Shown one piece after another: positions 42,990 through 54,564 of a stretch of DNA of 64,000 bases. The position numbers and the translations under genes were made by a program. Origin of the DNA: Trypanosoma brucei. Lineage: Eukaryota. Positions within the stretch are counted from its first letter, which is position 1, and each line of letters begins with the position of its first letter. Location: NCBI GenBank assembly GCA_000002445.1, contig CP000070.1:640001-704000 (forward strand), written 5' to 3'. The notes beneath the pieces were generated by a model. The model was not told the DNA's origin. It searched no databases and saw nothing but the letters and a program-made list of their open reading frames with translations.

Positions 42990-45900
42990 CACTACTCGTA
43001 ATTCCTCTTTACATTTTTTCTCCCATGTGGTTCTTTGTTTTCCTCTCTGTTGTCATTATTACCGCCGTCCACCGCGTGTATGAGTGCGTTTCTCGTTGTC
43101 ACCCTTTTTTTTTTCTCTCCTATGCCCTCTCAACTTCACCTTTACTTTATTCATTCACATAAATCATTCTTCCATTGAGTCATCGCCACTTCCCTCATTA
43201 TTAACGTGCATCAATTGCTCATTCCCATCCTCCTTGATTGAAGCGTGATAAGCAGGGAAAAGAAGAGACATGGTAGTTTTTTTATGACGGCATTAACAAC
43301 AACGGCGGTGGACAGGGGTGGAGGGATAAAACGACAAAAAAGTGTCAGTTAAAAAAAAAATCCTTATTCCTAGCATGTTTTTTTTTCTCTTTTTCTTATT
43401 TTCTCTCTCCTTTCGTTTTCTTTTTCCTCAGTCATTTTACTACCGTATGTCCGAGTATATATATGTGTGTGTGTGTGTGAAGGAGTGAAGGGGTGAAGGG
43501 ATGAGGGGGTGAAGGAGTGAAGGGGCGAAGGGAACCAAGGTTTTCATTTCATTTTTTCCCCTCCCCCTTAGAAGTTTCAAAGGAAGCAAATGAAAGAAAA
43601 GAAAGGGGGGAAATGAGGGACTGCAGAGGGAGGAAAATGCATTACTATAGTCGCGTCCTCTCATTCTCTTTTCCCACAATTTCCCCCCTCCCCTCTTCCT
43701 TAAGAACTCCTTGTACTCCTCTTATCATCATTGTTAGTGCACACGTGCGTTTGCGTGTGAATATATATATATATATATATTCATTTATTTATTTATTTAT
43801 TCTTTCATTTCTTTCACACACACACACACAAGCACAAGCACAAGCACATTTATACTCATACATACACAATTTTATTATTTACCTTACCACTTCCACAACA
43901 GAAAGCCATACGTAGTGACAGACGATCTTTTCTCCTTTTTCCCTTCTCTCGCATCTCTTCCTTAGTAAACAAAACAATATTTTCTCCTAATTCCACGCGT
44001 ATGCGCATATGTTATTGTTGTTGCTCGCATTCATCTTTTATCTTTTATCTTTTATCTTTTATTATATATATATATATATATATATATTTCCTCATTGTAC
44101 TTTATTCAACTCTGAGGTGTTCTGCATCGTTTGTTATCCCTTTTTGCGCCCTTTCATTTATTTATTAGCTGTTTTTTTCATTTTTTTTTTCTTTTCGTTT
44201 TCCCCCTTGTTATTCCTTCCTCAGCACAACCTTAACGTTCTGTAACAATTTCGGCTAAAGAAGGGGGAAAAAAAACAGGGGGCCCTCAACCACACATTAC
44301 GGGATGATAATCAAATCAGCAAAAGTGTTAATGGAGTGTGGTGGGGGTGGTAAAAGCGCTGTAGCGGCTGAGAAACGGAAGTTATGAAAACAACCAATAA
44401 AAAAAGGGGGAAAAGGAAGATAGCCGTAGAGAACGGGCTGCTTCAACTGTTTTACATTTCCTTCAAAAATATGTCATCCATCCTCTGCCTCAGCATTTTA
44501 AAAAAAAAAAACGATATCATTACATATTTTTTTTTAAATACCTTTCGTTGCCTTGCATTTGCATTAGTGCCGTCCACTCAATTTATTTTCCTTTTTCCTT
44601 CCGGTGCGCCTTTGTTTTCATCTCCTTTAAGTTTTTTTTCTTTTCCTTTGGTTCCTTCAGATTCAACCCTTTATTTTTATTTTTATTCCTATTTTCTTTC
44701 CCCTCCACGGTGGCGCAAAAGATATATCATTAATTAAATTTATTTATTTACTTATTTTCGTCTTCCCTTTGCATCAGCATAAAAATATATTTAGTCAGCA
44801 CAAACAAAAGTGGTAGGAACATATCAAATTAAACGAAACAAAAGAAGGAGAAGGGGAAACCACACACAAACACACACAAAAATACGCAACAAAACAAAAC
44901 ATAATAAAACATAATAAAACAAAAGCAAAATTCCTCAAAAACCGCATAAACAAAAATAACAACAAGAATAAGTGATATTGCATGTATTTCCCCTTTTGTG
45001 TTTATTTCTCTCTTCTTGTTTTTGTTTCCTTTACTTTTTTCCCTGCATTTACTCCCATACACGTACACACGTATACGCATACGTATTCATGGAAATATAA
45101 TATAATATAATATATATATATATATAAACACATTCATACATTCGTGTGTGGCGATGATGATTGGTACCCATAACAATAATACTAACATAAATAGGTAAGC
45201 AAAAATAAAAAGGCGTTGCGTGTCTAACGCCGTAAGGAATATAAAAAAAAAAAGAAAGAAAGAGAATGAAAAGGGGGAAAGGGGGAAAGGGGGAAAGGAA
45301 GGGGGAAAACAAAAAAGACATTTTTTTCCCCCTCCTCCTCCCGTCCCTCCCTCTTTTCAAGAAGGAATACATTTATAAACACACGGAAGGTAAACAAAAC
45401 AAAGAAGAGGGAAAAAGAAAAATAGCATCAATAAAGTAATTAGATGAGAAGGTGTTCGGAGGTTGTTGTTTTTTTCTTGTTAAAGGGAGAAATAACAAAA
45501 ATAGTTAAAATAGTTAAAATGATTAAAATAATAAAGATAATAAAGATAATAAAAATAACAACTGAAATATAAATTAAAACAATTCATAATAACAATAATG
45601 GTAATAAAATCACCACATTCATACTCATATTCATGACAGTTAACTTTCCCTTCCGTTTTCTTATTCATTCTTTTTTTTTTCAATTATCTCATTCCTTTTC
45701 CAGTCCTTTTTGTTCATACTCTCCCTTCCGTCGCTCATGTAACAAACTACTGACAATAATAACAATAATAATGATAATAATAACCTCCAAAAAGAAAAAA
45801 AACAACTCATAATAATGAAAAAAATGATAACAATTCATACAACGAATTAAATATTTCAAGTGATAAATCGAGAATGCTACAAAATATATAAATAAAGTCC

Positions 45901-47887
45901 CCATCGTAGAAAAAAAAACGAAAAAGAGGGGGTGAAAGCACACATTGGGATATAGAATAATGTAACAATTACAATCGTAACAAAAATAAAGATAATAATA
46001 ACAATAACAATAACAACAAAAATAATAAAATAACCGGTAAAAAAAAAAACACACACACACACATAAAATAAAGATAAAAAAATGAATAACAATTCCGAAA
46101 TACTTCAAAAGTTCTTCTTGTTCCCGTTTTTCTTTTTTTTTCTTGACAAACACCGCTTACCTTCACCTTTACCGCAACGAAAACATCAACTAAAATAAAA
46201 ATAAACTAAAAACTAAAAAACGCACCTTCATATAAATTTATCCATACCAGATGTACATTAACCATAACACAAATAAAAATAAAAAGCAAAACTAAGAGAG
46301 TGAGTTAGCAAGTAAATAAAACAATAAAAACAAAAATAATGATAATAACAATAAATTTAAGTGAAGTTGAGGGGAGAACGAAAGCACAAATAAAAAACAA
46401 AAACGAAGAAGCAAAAGGAAAAAAGGTAAAAAGAAAAATAAAAGGAAGGTAAGAGGAGAAGCGTGAAGGAAAGGAGAAAAGGGAAAAGGAAAAGGGGGGT
46501 GCAAAAACGGCGAAAATGCACCTCTTTTTATTTTATTTTTCCCCCCCCCCTTAAAAAACAGCTTAAAATAAAACTATCACCGCAATGACAGTATGTTGTG
46601 TTTTTGTTTTTGTTTCGTTTTGTTTTTTCCCCCTCCTTTCTTTTTTTTTGTATTTTTATCACTTTTTTTTTTTGGTCTTCCCTGATCCTTTTCAAAGCTC
46701 TAAGACATTTACCGGAAGGAAGATGATGCAAAGCAGTAAAATAAAATAAGAGATGACTCCAAATGAAAATAACACCAAGCAAACAAAAAACAAAACAAAA
46801 GGGTAAACAAGAGGAGAGAGCATTCTGATTGGGAAGGTGATCATAAAAACGAAACACAAAAAAATATATACGAGAGGTGGAAATAAATAAAACTAAACAA
46901 AAAAAAAAGCAAAAGTAAAAATAAAATAACTTTCATTTTGGGGATGGGGGGAAGTGCATTATAACAAAAATAGAAAATAAAAAAAGAAAAAAAATATTTT
47001 CAATAATAATAATGAGAGAAAGAGAAGAGAAGAAAAGAAAAGAAAAGAAAAGAGAGAGAGGAGAAAAAAAAACCTTCAGTCCCTCCCCTCTTCATCTTCT
47101 TTCCTTCTCCCAATTGTCTCCTCTTGATAAATCCCATTTTATAACCTCTCACCACCCTTTCCTTTTCTCTCACCCTCTCATTTATTTGTTTCCCTTTTAT
47201 TATTTTGTTTTGTCTCTTGTCTTATCACTGTTATTATCATTATTATTATTATTTATTTTTGGCTCTGTGCCGCCCCTATCCCTTTTTCATTTCAAAGAAA
47301 AATGTTATAATTAATGACGTAAGGTAATATGAACATGTAAGCTAAAAGAAAAAAAATCCGCCTCACAAACGGTTACACTGCTTCTTGCTTTTTTTCTTTT
47401 TTTTTTCTTATCTCGCCTTCCTTCATTACCACGAACAATAAAATAGATTTCAGTCCATTTTCCTTTAATTTTTTCCTGTCACGCTTAGGGCGCCAAAGGT
47501 GCATTTTCTTTCTTTCACTGTTCTGTCCCTCCCTTTTTCTTTCCTTTTTTTATTTGCTCAGAACGCAGTCTGTGTTACTCCTTTTCCTTCAGCACATGTA
47601 TCGAATTTTCCACTTGATCCGTTACATTCTGTTTCACTTCGTTTCCTCACCTTACTTCTCTTTTCCTCCTTTCTTCTTCGCTCCCTTTCTTTTTTTTAAA
47701 AAAAAGGGTTATTTCACCCTTCTCCGCGTTAGTTAAACTCTGTTACGCTACTGTTTATCGCACAGTTCCAGTAATTATCTTCACATTTTCCCTTGTTTTC
47801 CTCTGCGATGTAGCTCCGCACGCTAAATCATAATACAAGCTCCCTACTGCTTGCGTGTGCGCGTACACATACACATACAAATACAAA
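42990..47887 (-). promoter_or_regulatory. Gene-free low-complexity interval of about 4.9 kb downstream of ZC3H-like gene A. Presumed long 3'UTR, intergenic polypyrimidine and trans-splice/polyadenylation region, and 5'UTR of coiled-coil paralogue B.
   Basis: The plus strand is strongly purine/A-rich, for example 'gggggaaagggggaaagggggaaaggaagggggaaaac' at about 45285. The transcribed minus strand is therefore pyrimidine/U-rich. The only ORFs are low-complexity artefacts. Comparable intervals follow gene B (49166..53073) and gene C (54565..60737). Confidence 0.5.
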
Positions 47888-49165
47888 TTAATTCCTGCCC
47901 CTCCCTTCCCCTTTTTCAATACCACGATCGGTACCATTGGTTCCATAAGGGTTGTAATGCCAGCGCTCCCGACCACCTTTACCGTTTCGAGTCACCACCA
48001 CAATGTTTGGTGTCATGCCGCAACCCTGCTCAGCCAAGCAATCACCAGATGTGCTGGGATCGACGTCGAGCGATAAGTTGTCCGAAGGAAAGAACGTACT
48101 CGAGACCTGGCGCATGTGAATGTCACTTACCTGCCGTGAAAGCGAAAAAGGGATATGCGCCTGTCCACAGTCCACAACGGAATGAGCTTCGGTGCAGGAG
48201 CTGGGATCGCAGCATCTCACAACTGCGGGTTGAGTAGTAACGGAGGCATCTCCAAGTGTCACGCTGCGATTGGCCCCAAACAGCGAACCTGTTGGGCTTC
48301 CGGGACACGTCCAGCCACCCGAGACGGGAGTCGGTGCATCGCAGGCAGCCGCTGCTGCAGGTGGAGGTGGCATAGAGGTACCGGAGGCAGTCACGACAAA
48401 ACAACCGCCGGAAGGTGAGGAGGAAGGAGGTTTCTTCCATGAACGCGGGCGCTGACCCAGTGTGAGGCCCCGATCACACCTCGCCACTTCCTTGCAGATG
48501 TGGAGGTAATTGCACTCCTCCGCGTAGCGGCAGCGATCCTGCACGTGTAGGCGGCAGAGCGTAATATCACCAGCCTCCAGCACAAGGCACGATGGGGGAG
48601 TGCCGAATGCACGACTTTCCCACTGAGCCCCATCTTGTCCCTCCGCTTGGGGTGTGGAATGAAAAAGAGCGTCCAGCAACCGCGAAATGGGAGTGGTGTA
48701 ACTGAAACGGGCGAGTGGAATGTAGCCGCCTCCGTAGGTCGCATCCGGGACGTGAACCACAACGCGCGACATCCATGATCGGTTATCCAGGGCATTGACG
48801 TAATCACGGTCCCCATGCAGCGCACAGCATATGGGTAGATAGTCCACTTGACTTCGAAGCGCAGCCACAACATTCAGCGCAGCATGCACCTGATGGCACT
48901 GTGTACCCTGCCGGCAGCGCCCATCCAGGAACAGCAAGCAAAGGCTCGGGATTGTCGTGCGTTGGTGCGCCCGGGTGGGGTACACGCAACTGAGTGGGAT
49001 CCGTAATTTGCGCGTGGCGGGATCCACAACGACCATGCACTCAACACCTTTTTCAAAACACATGATATCCCTCCTGGTTTCGAGTGGCGAGGCTACGAGC
49101 TGCATAATTGTACCTTCGGTTGTATCTAAGGTCACCTTCACAGTCTTATTCGTTGCTCTTTGCAC
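47888..49165 (-). CDS. ZC3H20: Tandem CCCH zinc-finger RNA-binding protein, ZC3H20-like (gene A of the ZC3H20/21/22 cluster).
   Basis: 425 aa. Two C-x7-C-x5-C-x3-H fingers: '[19 protein letters not shown]' and '[19 protein letters not shown]'. The inter-finger block is '[64 protein letters not shown]'. The symbol rests on remembered synteny and relative size. It cannot be verified here. Confidence 0.75.
48684..49040. repeat. High-identity tract shared with 54014..54370, a putative gene-conversion tract covering the CCCH inter-finger region of ZC3H-like genes A and B.
   Basis: 48684..48881 is 100% identical to 54014..54211, 198 bp at offset 5330. Only scattered substitutions continue to 49040/54370. 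Sequence immediately below 48684/54014 is unalignable. The listed small ORFs 48874..49056 and 54003..54254 translate to the same peptide. Confidence 0.9.
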
Positions 49166-51446
49166 CTTTTTGGTGCTGGTTGGTGCTTATTGCTGTTTCG
49201 GTCTTTCTCAGGACAACCTACAGTCGGTGGTTCAACCCTATGCTATCCGACGAACTTATGTATTCTTTTTCTTTAGCTTGATTATTTTGGTTGTTCTCTG
49301 CTGTTGGGCTCTTTACTTTTGTAAATTCAAGCGCGTACGCGGCGGAAGCTGTGATTAATCACAACGAGATGGAGATAACGACAATAATAGTGATAATAAC
49401 AAGAGGACGAGAGAAGAAGTGAAATGGGAGCAAGAAGTGTGGCAGTTAAAAGGGGGGAAAGGGGGTAACCAAGACAAATAGAGCTCCAGCGGGTTAGGAA
49501 TCCAGCACCCAACACCTACACAACCCATCGCACAGCTCATTTCACGGATGATGAGGAAAGAAGAAGAAGAGGGAAACAGATAATGAAGAGAAAGTGGGGA
49601 CAAGGCGGCACAAATAACAATGATAAAAAGGCAAAGAGTAAAACATTTGAAACGCCACAAATACATAAATATATGTATAAAGAAATACACATAGTTTAAT
49701 AATAATAATATAAGGAGGTCATAGTACCTAGTCTATCACCACTTCACCAGCAACAGCCACCCACGCGAAATGTTTCAGGAAAACTGTGCACAAAGATCCG
49801 AACACACACATGCATCTGAATGAAGCTGCACACAGTAATATATATATACTTATTTTTTTTCGAAAAAAAAAGGGGAAACGCGCACCTATAAGTATTTGTG
49901 GTGGCGTTTGTGTGTGTTTACTTACCTTTTACCATCGTAACCTCCTCAGAATTCTATTACTCACCTTTCTGTTACCCCACGGGCACCGCGCAACCACTTG
50001 GTGATTATTCTCTCGTAGTCAGTAAGTCATCATTACTTCCGTTACCGCGCAAGAGCGTAAGAAAAAAAGAAAAGGACTTTCCCTCACACTTCCATTCCTT
50101 TCCTTTCCTTTTGGTTCCCTAACATTTCTTCCTTTCTTAATCTCTATTTCGCTTACGCAGATACATAATGCCTTAAATTTCCTTCAAAGCAACCCGATGC
50201 TACAACCAAGTCAAAGTAAGATGTAAAAGAACCAAAAGGCGGTAGACGGGGGACGGGAACTAAGATAGAGAAAGGAAATGAAAATGAAAATGAAAACGGG
50301 AATGGGAATGGGAAGAAAAAAACAAAAAGGGCAGCACAAACAAATAAATAAAAATAAAAAAGATAAAAATAAAGAAACAACCGGTTAAAGAGAGTCGGGT
50401 TTTACCTCCTTTCCTCATTTCTTTTTCAATCGACACGTATGCAAATGCAAGAATGTGCGAATGAAATTGGCCCAAAAGTGCTATCAGAAGCAATATGAAA
50501 ACGAAAAACGGTCCCCGAGTAGAGATAAAACGGAATTACGAACAGGTGGGGAAAAGAGTGCAGAAAAAAAAAATGAACGCGTGTTCATGTGTGTGGATTG
50601 TCCAAAAAAAAAATGACGAAAACACTTCGGCTGGGTTGAGGGAAACAAAAAAGATATATATATATATATATATATAACAATTATAACTATAGTAACTATA
50701 ATGATAGATCATTAATACCTCCGACTGCTGCTGTAATAAAAATAATAACAATAATTATATTGAAATGAAGGCAGCAACGAAGTTGGGCAGGAAGAAAGGG
50801 AAATGGAAGAATGAATTTGAGAGAGAGGAAAAGAAAAGAGAAAGGCAAGCGCAATAAAAGAGACCTGGTAAATATATACATACATTCATATATATATATA
50901 TATTAAAAAATAAAAAAATAACCGGTGCATTGTCGAAACAAATGCCCATTCACTAGTTAAAAAAAATTTAAAACAGCAACAACACGATAGGTACAAAATA
51001 AAACTTAAGAAAAAGATGAAAAAGGAAGAAGGTGTAATGGAGGAAGTCGTCGTAATGACTGAGTGAATGAATAACCGAGGTTTAGAAAAAAAAACATGAA
51101 TGAAACAAACACAACGCACCGACGACTCCCCTAACCGCACATACAAAAAAAACTACAAAGGTAAAGAAGAAGAAAAAAGCTGAAGTTGTACCTAATGAGG
51201 AAATTTTAAAAAATCAGTTAAAACATAATAACTGATAATATTTATATGGAAATCGAAATCCCCCACAAATGGTACATTAATATTACAGGGAAAGGGAATG
51301 GTTTTCAACAAAAAAAAAAAGAAAAAGAAACGCCTCTCTACCGTATTAAACAAGGAACGGGATAACATCACATATGCACACATGTAAAGGCATCTCACCA
51401 CTTTATTGTCACAGCCGACAAACTTATATCCATCTCACTCATTCAC

Positions 51447-51466
51447 TCAGTCAGTCAGTCAGTCAG
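51447..51466. repeat. (TCAG)5 tetranucleotide microsatellite.
   Basis: Direct reading of 'tcagtcagtcagtcagtcag'. Confidence 0.95.
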
Positions 51467-53073
51467 TTAGCCAATCATTCCTTTATTTACTCAACAGCTT
51501 CAAACAAACACGCGTAAAAACACGCGCCCACACATAGGAAATAAAGAAGAAAAAAAAGAAATTCAGTTCGTCCGGAAAAAAAAAACAGGAACACACACCG
51601 TGATCCTGTTACTTCCCATTTTTTCCCCGACTCCAATAGATATTTATTTTCTTTAATATCTCTTGATATCATTTATTTTTTATATTTAATTATCAAAAGG
51701 GTAAAAGAAAAACAAGGAGGAGAAACCATGCGCTACCTCACCCCTCTCCCTTTCCTTCAGTGCCTGGTGGCACTGTTTGACGTTATACAAAAAATATGTT
51801 TTTCACCTCTCTTTATTTTTTGTCCCGCCCCTTCCCAGCTCGCCATACGGGGTACAATTCGATCAATTCAGAAGCACACAGATGGGGAGAAAAAGATGAG
51901 CAGGTGCAAACAATAATAAATTAAACAAATAAAACCGCGCCCTCAAGTCCACAGATACCGAACGAGAAGATTAAAAGGCAAAGACACGCGTATGCTTGTC
52001 AGCCAATTCTTCTTCTTCACTTTTGCAGTAGTTTCGTTCTTATATTAAGATGCCTCACCTGAAGGGGAAACAGATAAACGACAGGATACAACACAATGGG
52101 GAAGAGCAAAATAAAATAAATAGAAATGCAGCACAGTTAAGCATCACACAACTCTAATAATAATAATAATAATAACCATTATACTGCTGTTTCTTCCCAC
52201 CTGTTTCTCCCTCACTCATTCCTATCAAATGTTAAGTTACCTACACATTCCTTTCTTACACATAGAAACAAATGACACATGCCCTTTCACACGTCAGTAA
52301 GTTTCTCCTTTTCTTATATATTTCTCTTCCATACCCTTTTATGTACAGTGAAACGCTTAAATACTTTCTTCTTTCCTTCACTTCTCTTTGCATCTCATTC
52401 ATATGTTTCGCTGCTTCTCTCCTCTCTTCTTTTCTTCGGTTCACTCCGATATCAACGAAGACATCTACCAAGTACAACCCCACAGGACCCGAAATGAGAG
52501 AAAGCACAAATGAAGCGATAGAAGAGGCAGAGTAGGAAGCACAAAAGGTGAGTTCACACCCGCTTCACAAAAATGAAACATTTCTTTTTTTCTTATTTCG
52601 TATTATTCTCTACGACAGTATCCTTTACCCAAAAATTAAAAAAATACATATATATATATATTATTGCATAATAACAATAATATAATCCAAACATAAAAAG
52701 GGAGATTTACGCTCCTTCAACACCCCTCCCCTCCCCTCCTCACCCCTTACCATCATCCAGTAATGTCAGCATATGTACAAATACAACAGTTGTATTAACA
52801 AAAAAAAAGATGACAGCGATGCTAACATAAGTTATTTGCCGCAAGAAGGGAGTAACGAACGCATATAGCCGAGTGACAACAAAAATAACAAAAAAAAAAT
52901 AGAAACAACGTGTTCCCACAAAAAAAAATGAGAAGGAAATATACAAGAGCTATAAGAGAAACATGGAAAAATTATAATAACAAAATAAAATAAAACGGAG
53001 AAAGATGCACTACAAAAGTTATAACCAAATAATAACGAAAGTGGTGGTATGGAAGGGAACTTCTTCACAATGC

Positions 53074-54564
53074 TCAATCGCTGATTCCTCCCGTTGGAGT
53101 CACACCGTATGGATTGTGTTGCCAGGCGCGTGCAGAGACAGACGCTGAAGACACCGACTCGACCGGCTGTGGAACTGATGACGAAGTCCCATTGGGGCAA
53201 AGGTGAGTGGAGGAGCACTCATCTCCGGGACAGAAATAACAATTAGGTCCGTCACTACCGTAACCGTTCCGGCTGCCGTACGCGTAACCGTTGCAACCGG
53301 AATAATTGTTGTTGTCGGCGTAATGGCAGTCGCTGCACGACCCAACGAATGCGCATGGTGCGCACCCAGACTCAGGTGAGCTCCAGCGATCCCAGCAGCC
53401 TCCGGCCCCATACATTGCTGCATCCTCCCTTGCTGCTGCTGTTGTTGTTGTTGAGGTTGTTGTGGAAGAATAGCAACGCGGAACTCCGGGGTGCCCTTGG
53501 ACAAATCGGGGGGCGAGGGACGGCAATGGTGCAGCATCCATGCGACTTTCCATGTAGGCACCGGTGGGGTACCGCCCAGAAACCCAAGAGCAGTCGCTGT
53601 TAATATCCGACACGGCGTTATAACTCATTGAGCCCTCGTACGATCGAAGGGGGAATGGCGTCTGGTATTCAACCGTGGGGTATGAAAGGGGCCTTCCACG
53701 TACACGTTGTTGACGGGAGACCGAAACGAATACAGAACCCTTCTTTGCTCCTCGTGGGCCGGGTTCTCCCCCATCACGCGCCTGTGACGTGAGCGAGTAA
53801 TCACCGCTGCCATTATTGACATCGACAACAATTTCTTTGCAGATATGAAGGAAGATGCACTCCTCCGCGTATCGGCAGCGGTCCAGCGTGTGAAGGCCAC
53901 ATATTTTAAAGTCACATGCGTTTAAGACCATCCGCTTTGGATGTCCCCCACCATCAACTGCCGCAACACTGACGCCACTCTCGAGGCGAGCGTTGACTTC
54001 CCTCAATATCCTGGAAATGGGAGTGGTGTAACTGAAACGGGCGAGTGGAATGTAGCCGCCTCCGTAGGTCGCATCCGGGACGTGAACCACAACGCGCGAC
54101 ATCCATGATCGGTTATCCAGGGCATTGACGTAATCACGGTCCCCATGCAGCGCACAGCATATGGGTAGATAGTCCACTTGACTTCGAAGCGCAGCCACAA
54201 CGTCCAGCGCAGCATGCACCTGATGGCACTGTGTACCCTGCCGGCAGCGTCCATTTAAAAACAACTGGCAAAGGCTCGGGATTGTCGTGCGTTGTTGCGC
54301 CTGGGTGGGGTACACGCAACTGAGTGGGATCAGTAATTTGCGGGTGGCGGGATCCACAACCGTCAAGCACAAAACGCCCTTTTCGTCGAGAGCAAGGTGC
54401 CTTTCACCACCAGCTGGTGCGTTTACCGAAAAGTAGCGATGAGATTGTGGATGGCTCATAATGGTGTCCCGGTACTGTAATGACCTCTCTTCCTGGCGTT
54501 CAGTTGAAACTCCTCTATGTTCTTTTTTCGATGGCTTTAGTACTCCTCGCGCGGTCTCTCCCAC
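53074..54564 (-). CDS. ZC3H21: Tandem CCCH zinc-finger RNA-binding protein, ZC3H21-like (gene B of the cluster). Close paralogue of gene A.
   Basis: 496 aa. Fingers '[19 protein letters not shown]' and '[19 protein letters not shown]'. The inter-finger block is identical to gene A. Outside the zinc-finger region there is little similarity to gene A. A Thr/Ser-rich low-complexity C-terminal half contains '[12 protein letters not shown]'. Confidence 0.75.
   Translation of the reverse strand: MGETARGVLKPSKKEHRGVSTERQEERSLQYRDTIMSHPQSHRYFSVNAPAGGERHLALDEKGVLCLTVVDPATRKLLIPLSCVYPTQAQQRTTIPSLCQLFLNGRCRQGTQCHQVHAALDVVAALRSQVDYLPICCALHGDRDYVNALDNRSWMSRVVVHVPDATYGGGYIPLARFSYTTPISRILREVNARLESGVSVAAVDGGGHPKRMVLNACDFKICGLHTLDRCRYAEECIFLHICKEIVVDVNNGSGDYSLTSQARDGGEPGPRGAKKGSVFVSVSRQQRVRGRPLSYPTVEYQTPFPLRSYEGSMSYNAVSDINSDCSWVSGRYPTGAYMESRMDAAPLPSLAPRFVQGHPGVPRCYSSTTTSTTTTAAAREDAAMYGAGGCWDRWSSPESGCAPCAFVGSCSDCHYADNNNYSGCNGYAYGSRNGYGSDGPNCYFCPGDECSSTHLCPNGTSSSVPQPVESVSSASVSARAWQHNPYGVTPTGGISD
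54014..54370. repeat. Partner copy of the high-identity tract at 48684..49040.
   Basis: See the entry at 48684..49040. Confidence 0.9.

Larger units (their letters stand above)
40735..43005. repeat. Tandem segmental duplication, copy 2. The coiled-coil gene plus its 5' flank.
   Basis: Same evidence as copy 1. Identity ends abruptly after 'ctactcgtaattcc' at 38974 in copy 1 and 43005 in copy 2. Confidence 0.9.

Noticed and set aside
43440-47700. Numerous 60–150-aa ORFs on both strands in the 43–48 kb, 49–53 kb and 55–60 kb intervals, for example 45689..46153 and 52832..53218.
   Set aside because: Their translations are homopolymeric or low-complexity (F/L/S/Y or K/E/N runs), as expected from random reading of A/T- and purine-rich UTR sequence. 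They have no coding periodicity or conserved motif.
53100-53561. ORF containing a poly-Gln run ([10 protein letters not shown]) inside the ZC3H21-like gene.
   Set aside because: It is an alternative reading frame of the same strand. The annotated frame reads the (TTG/CTG)n stretch as a Thr/Ser-rich tract, continuous with the CCCH domains.
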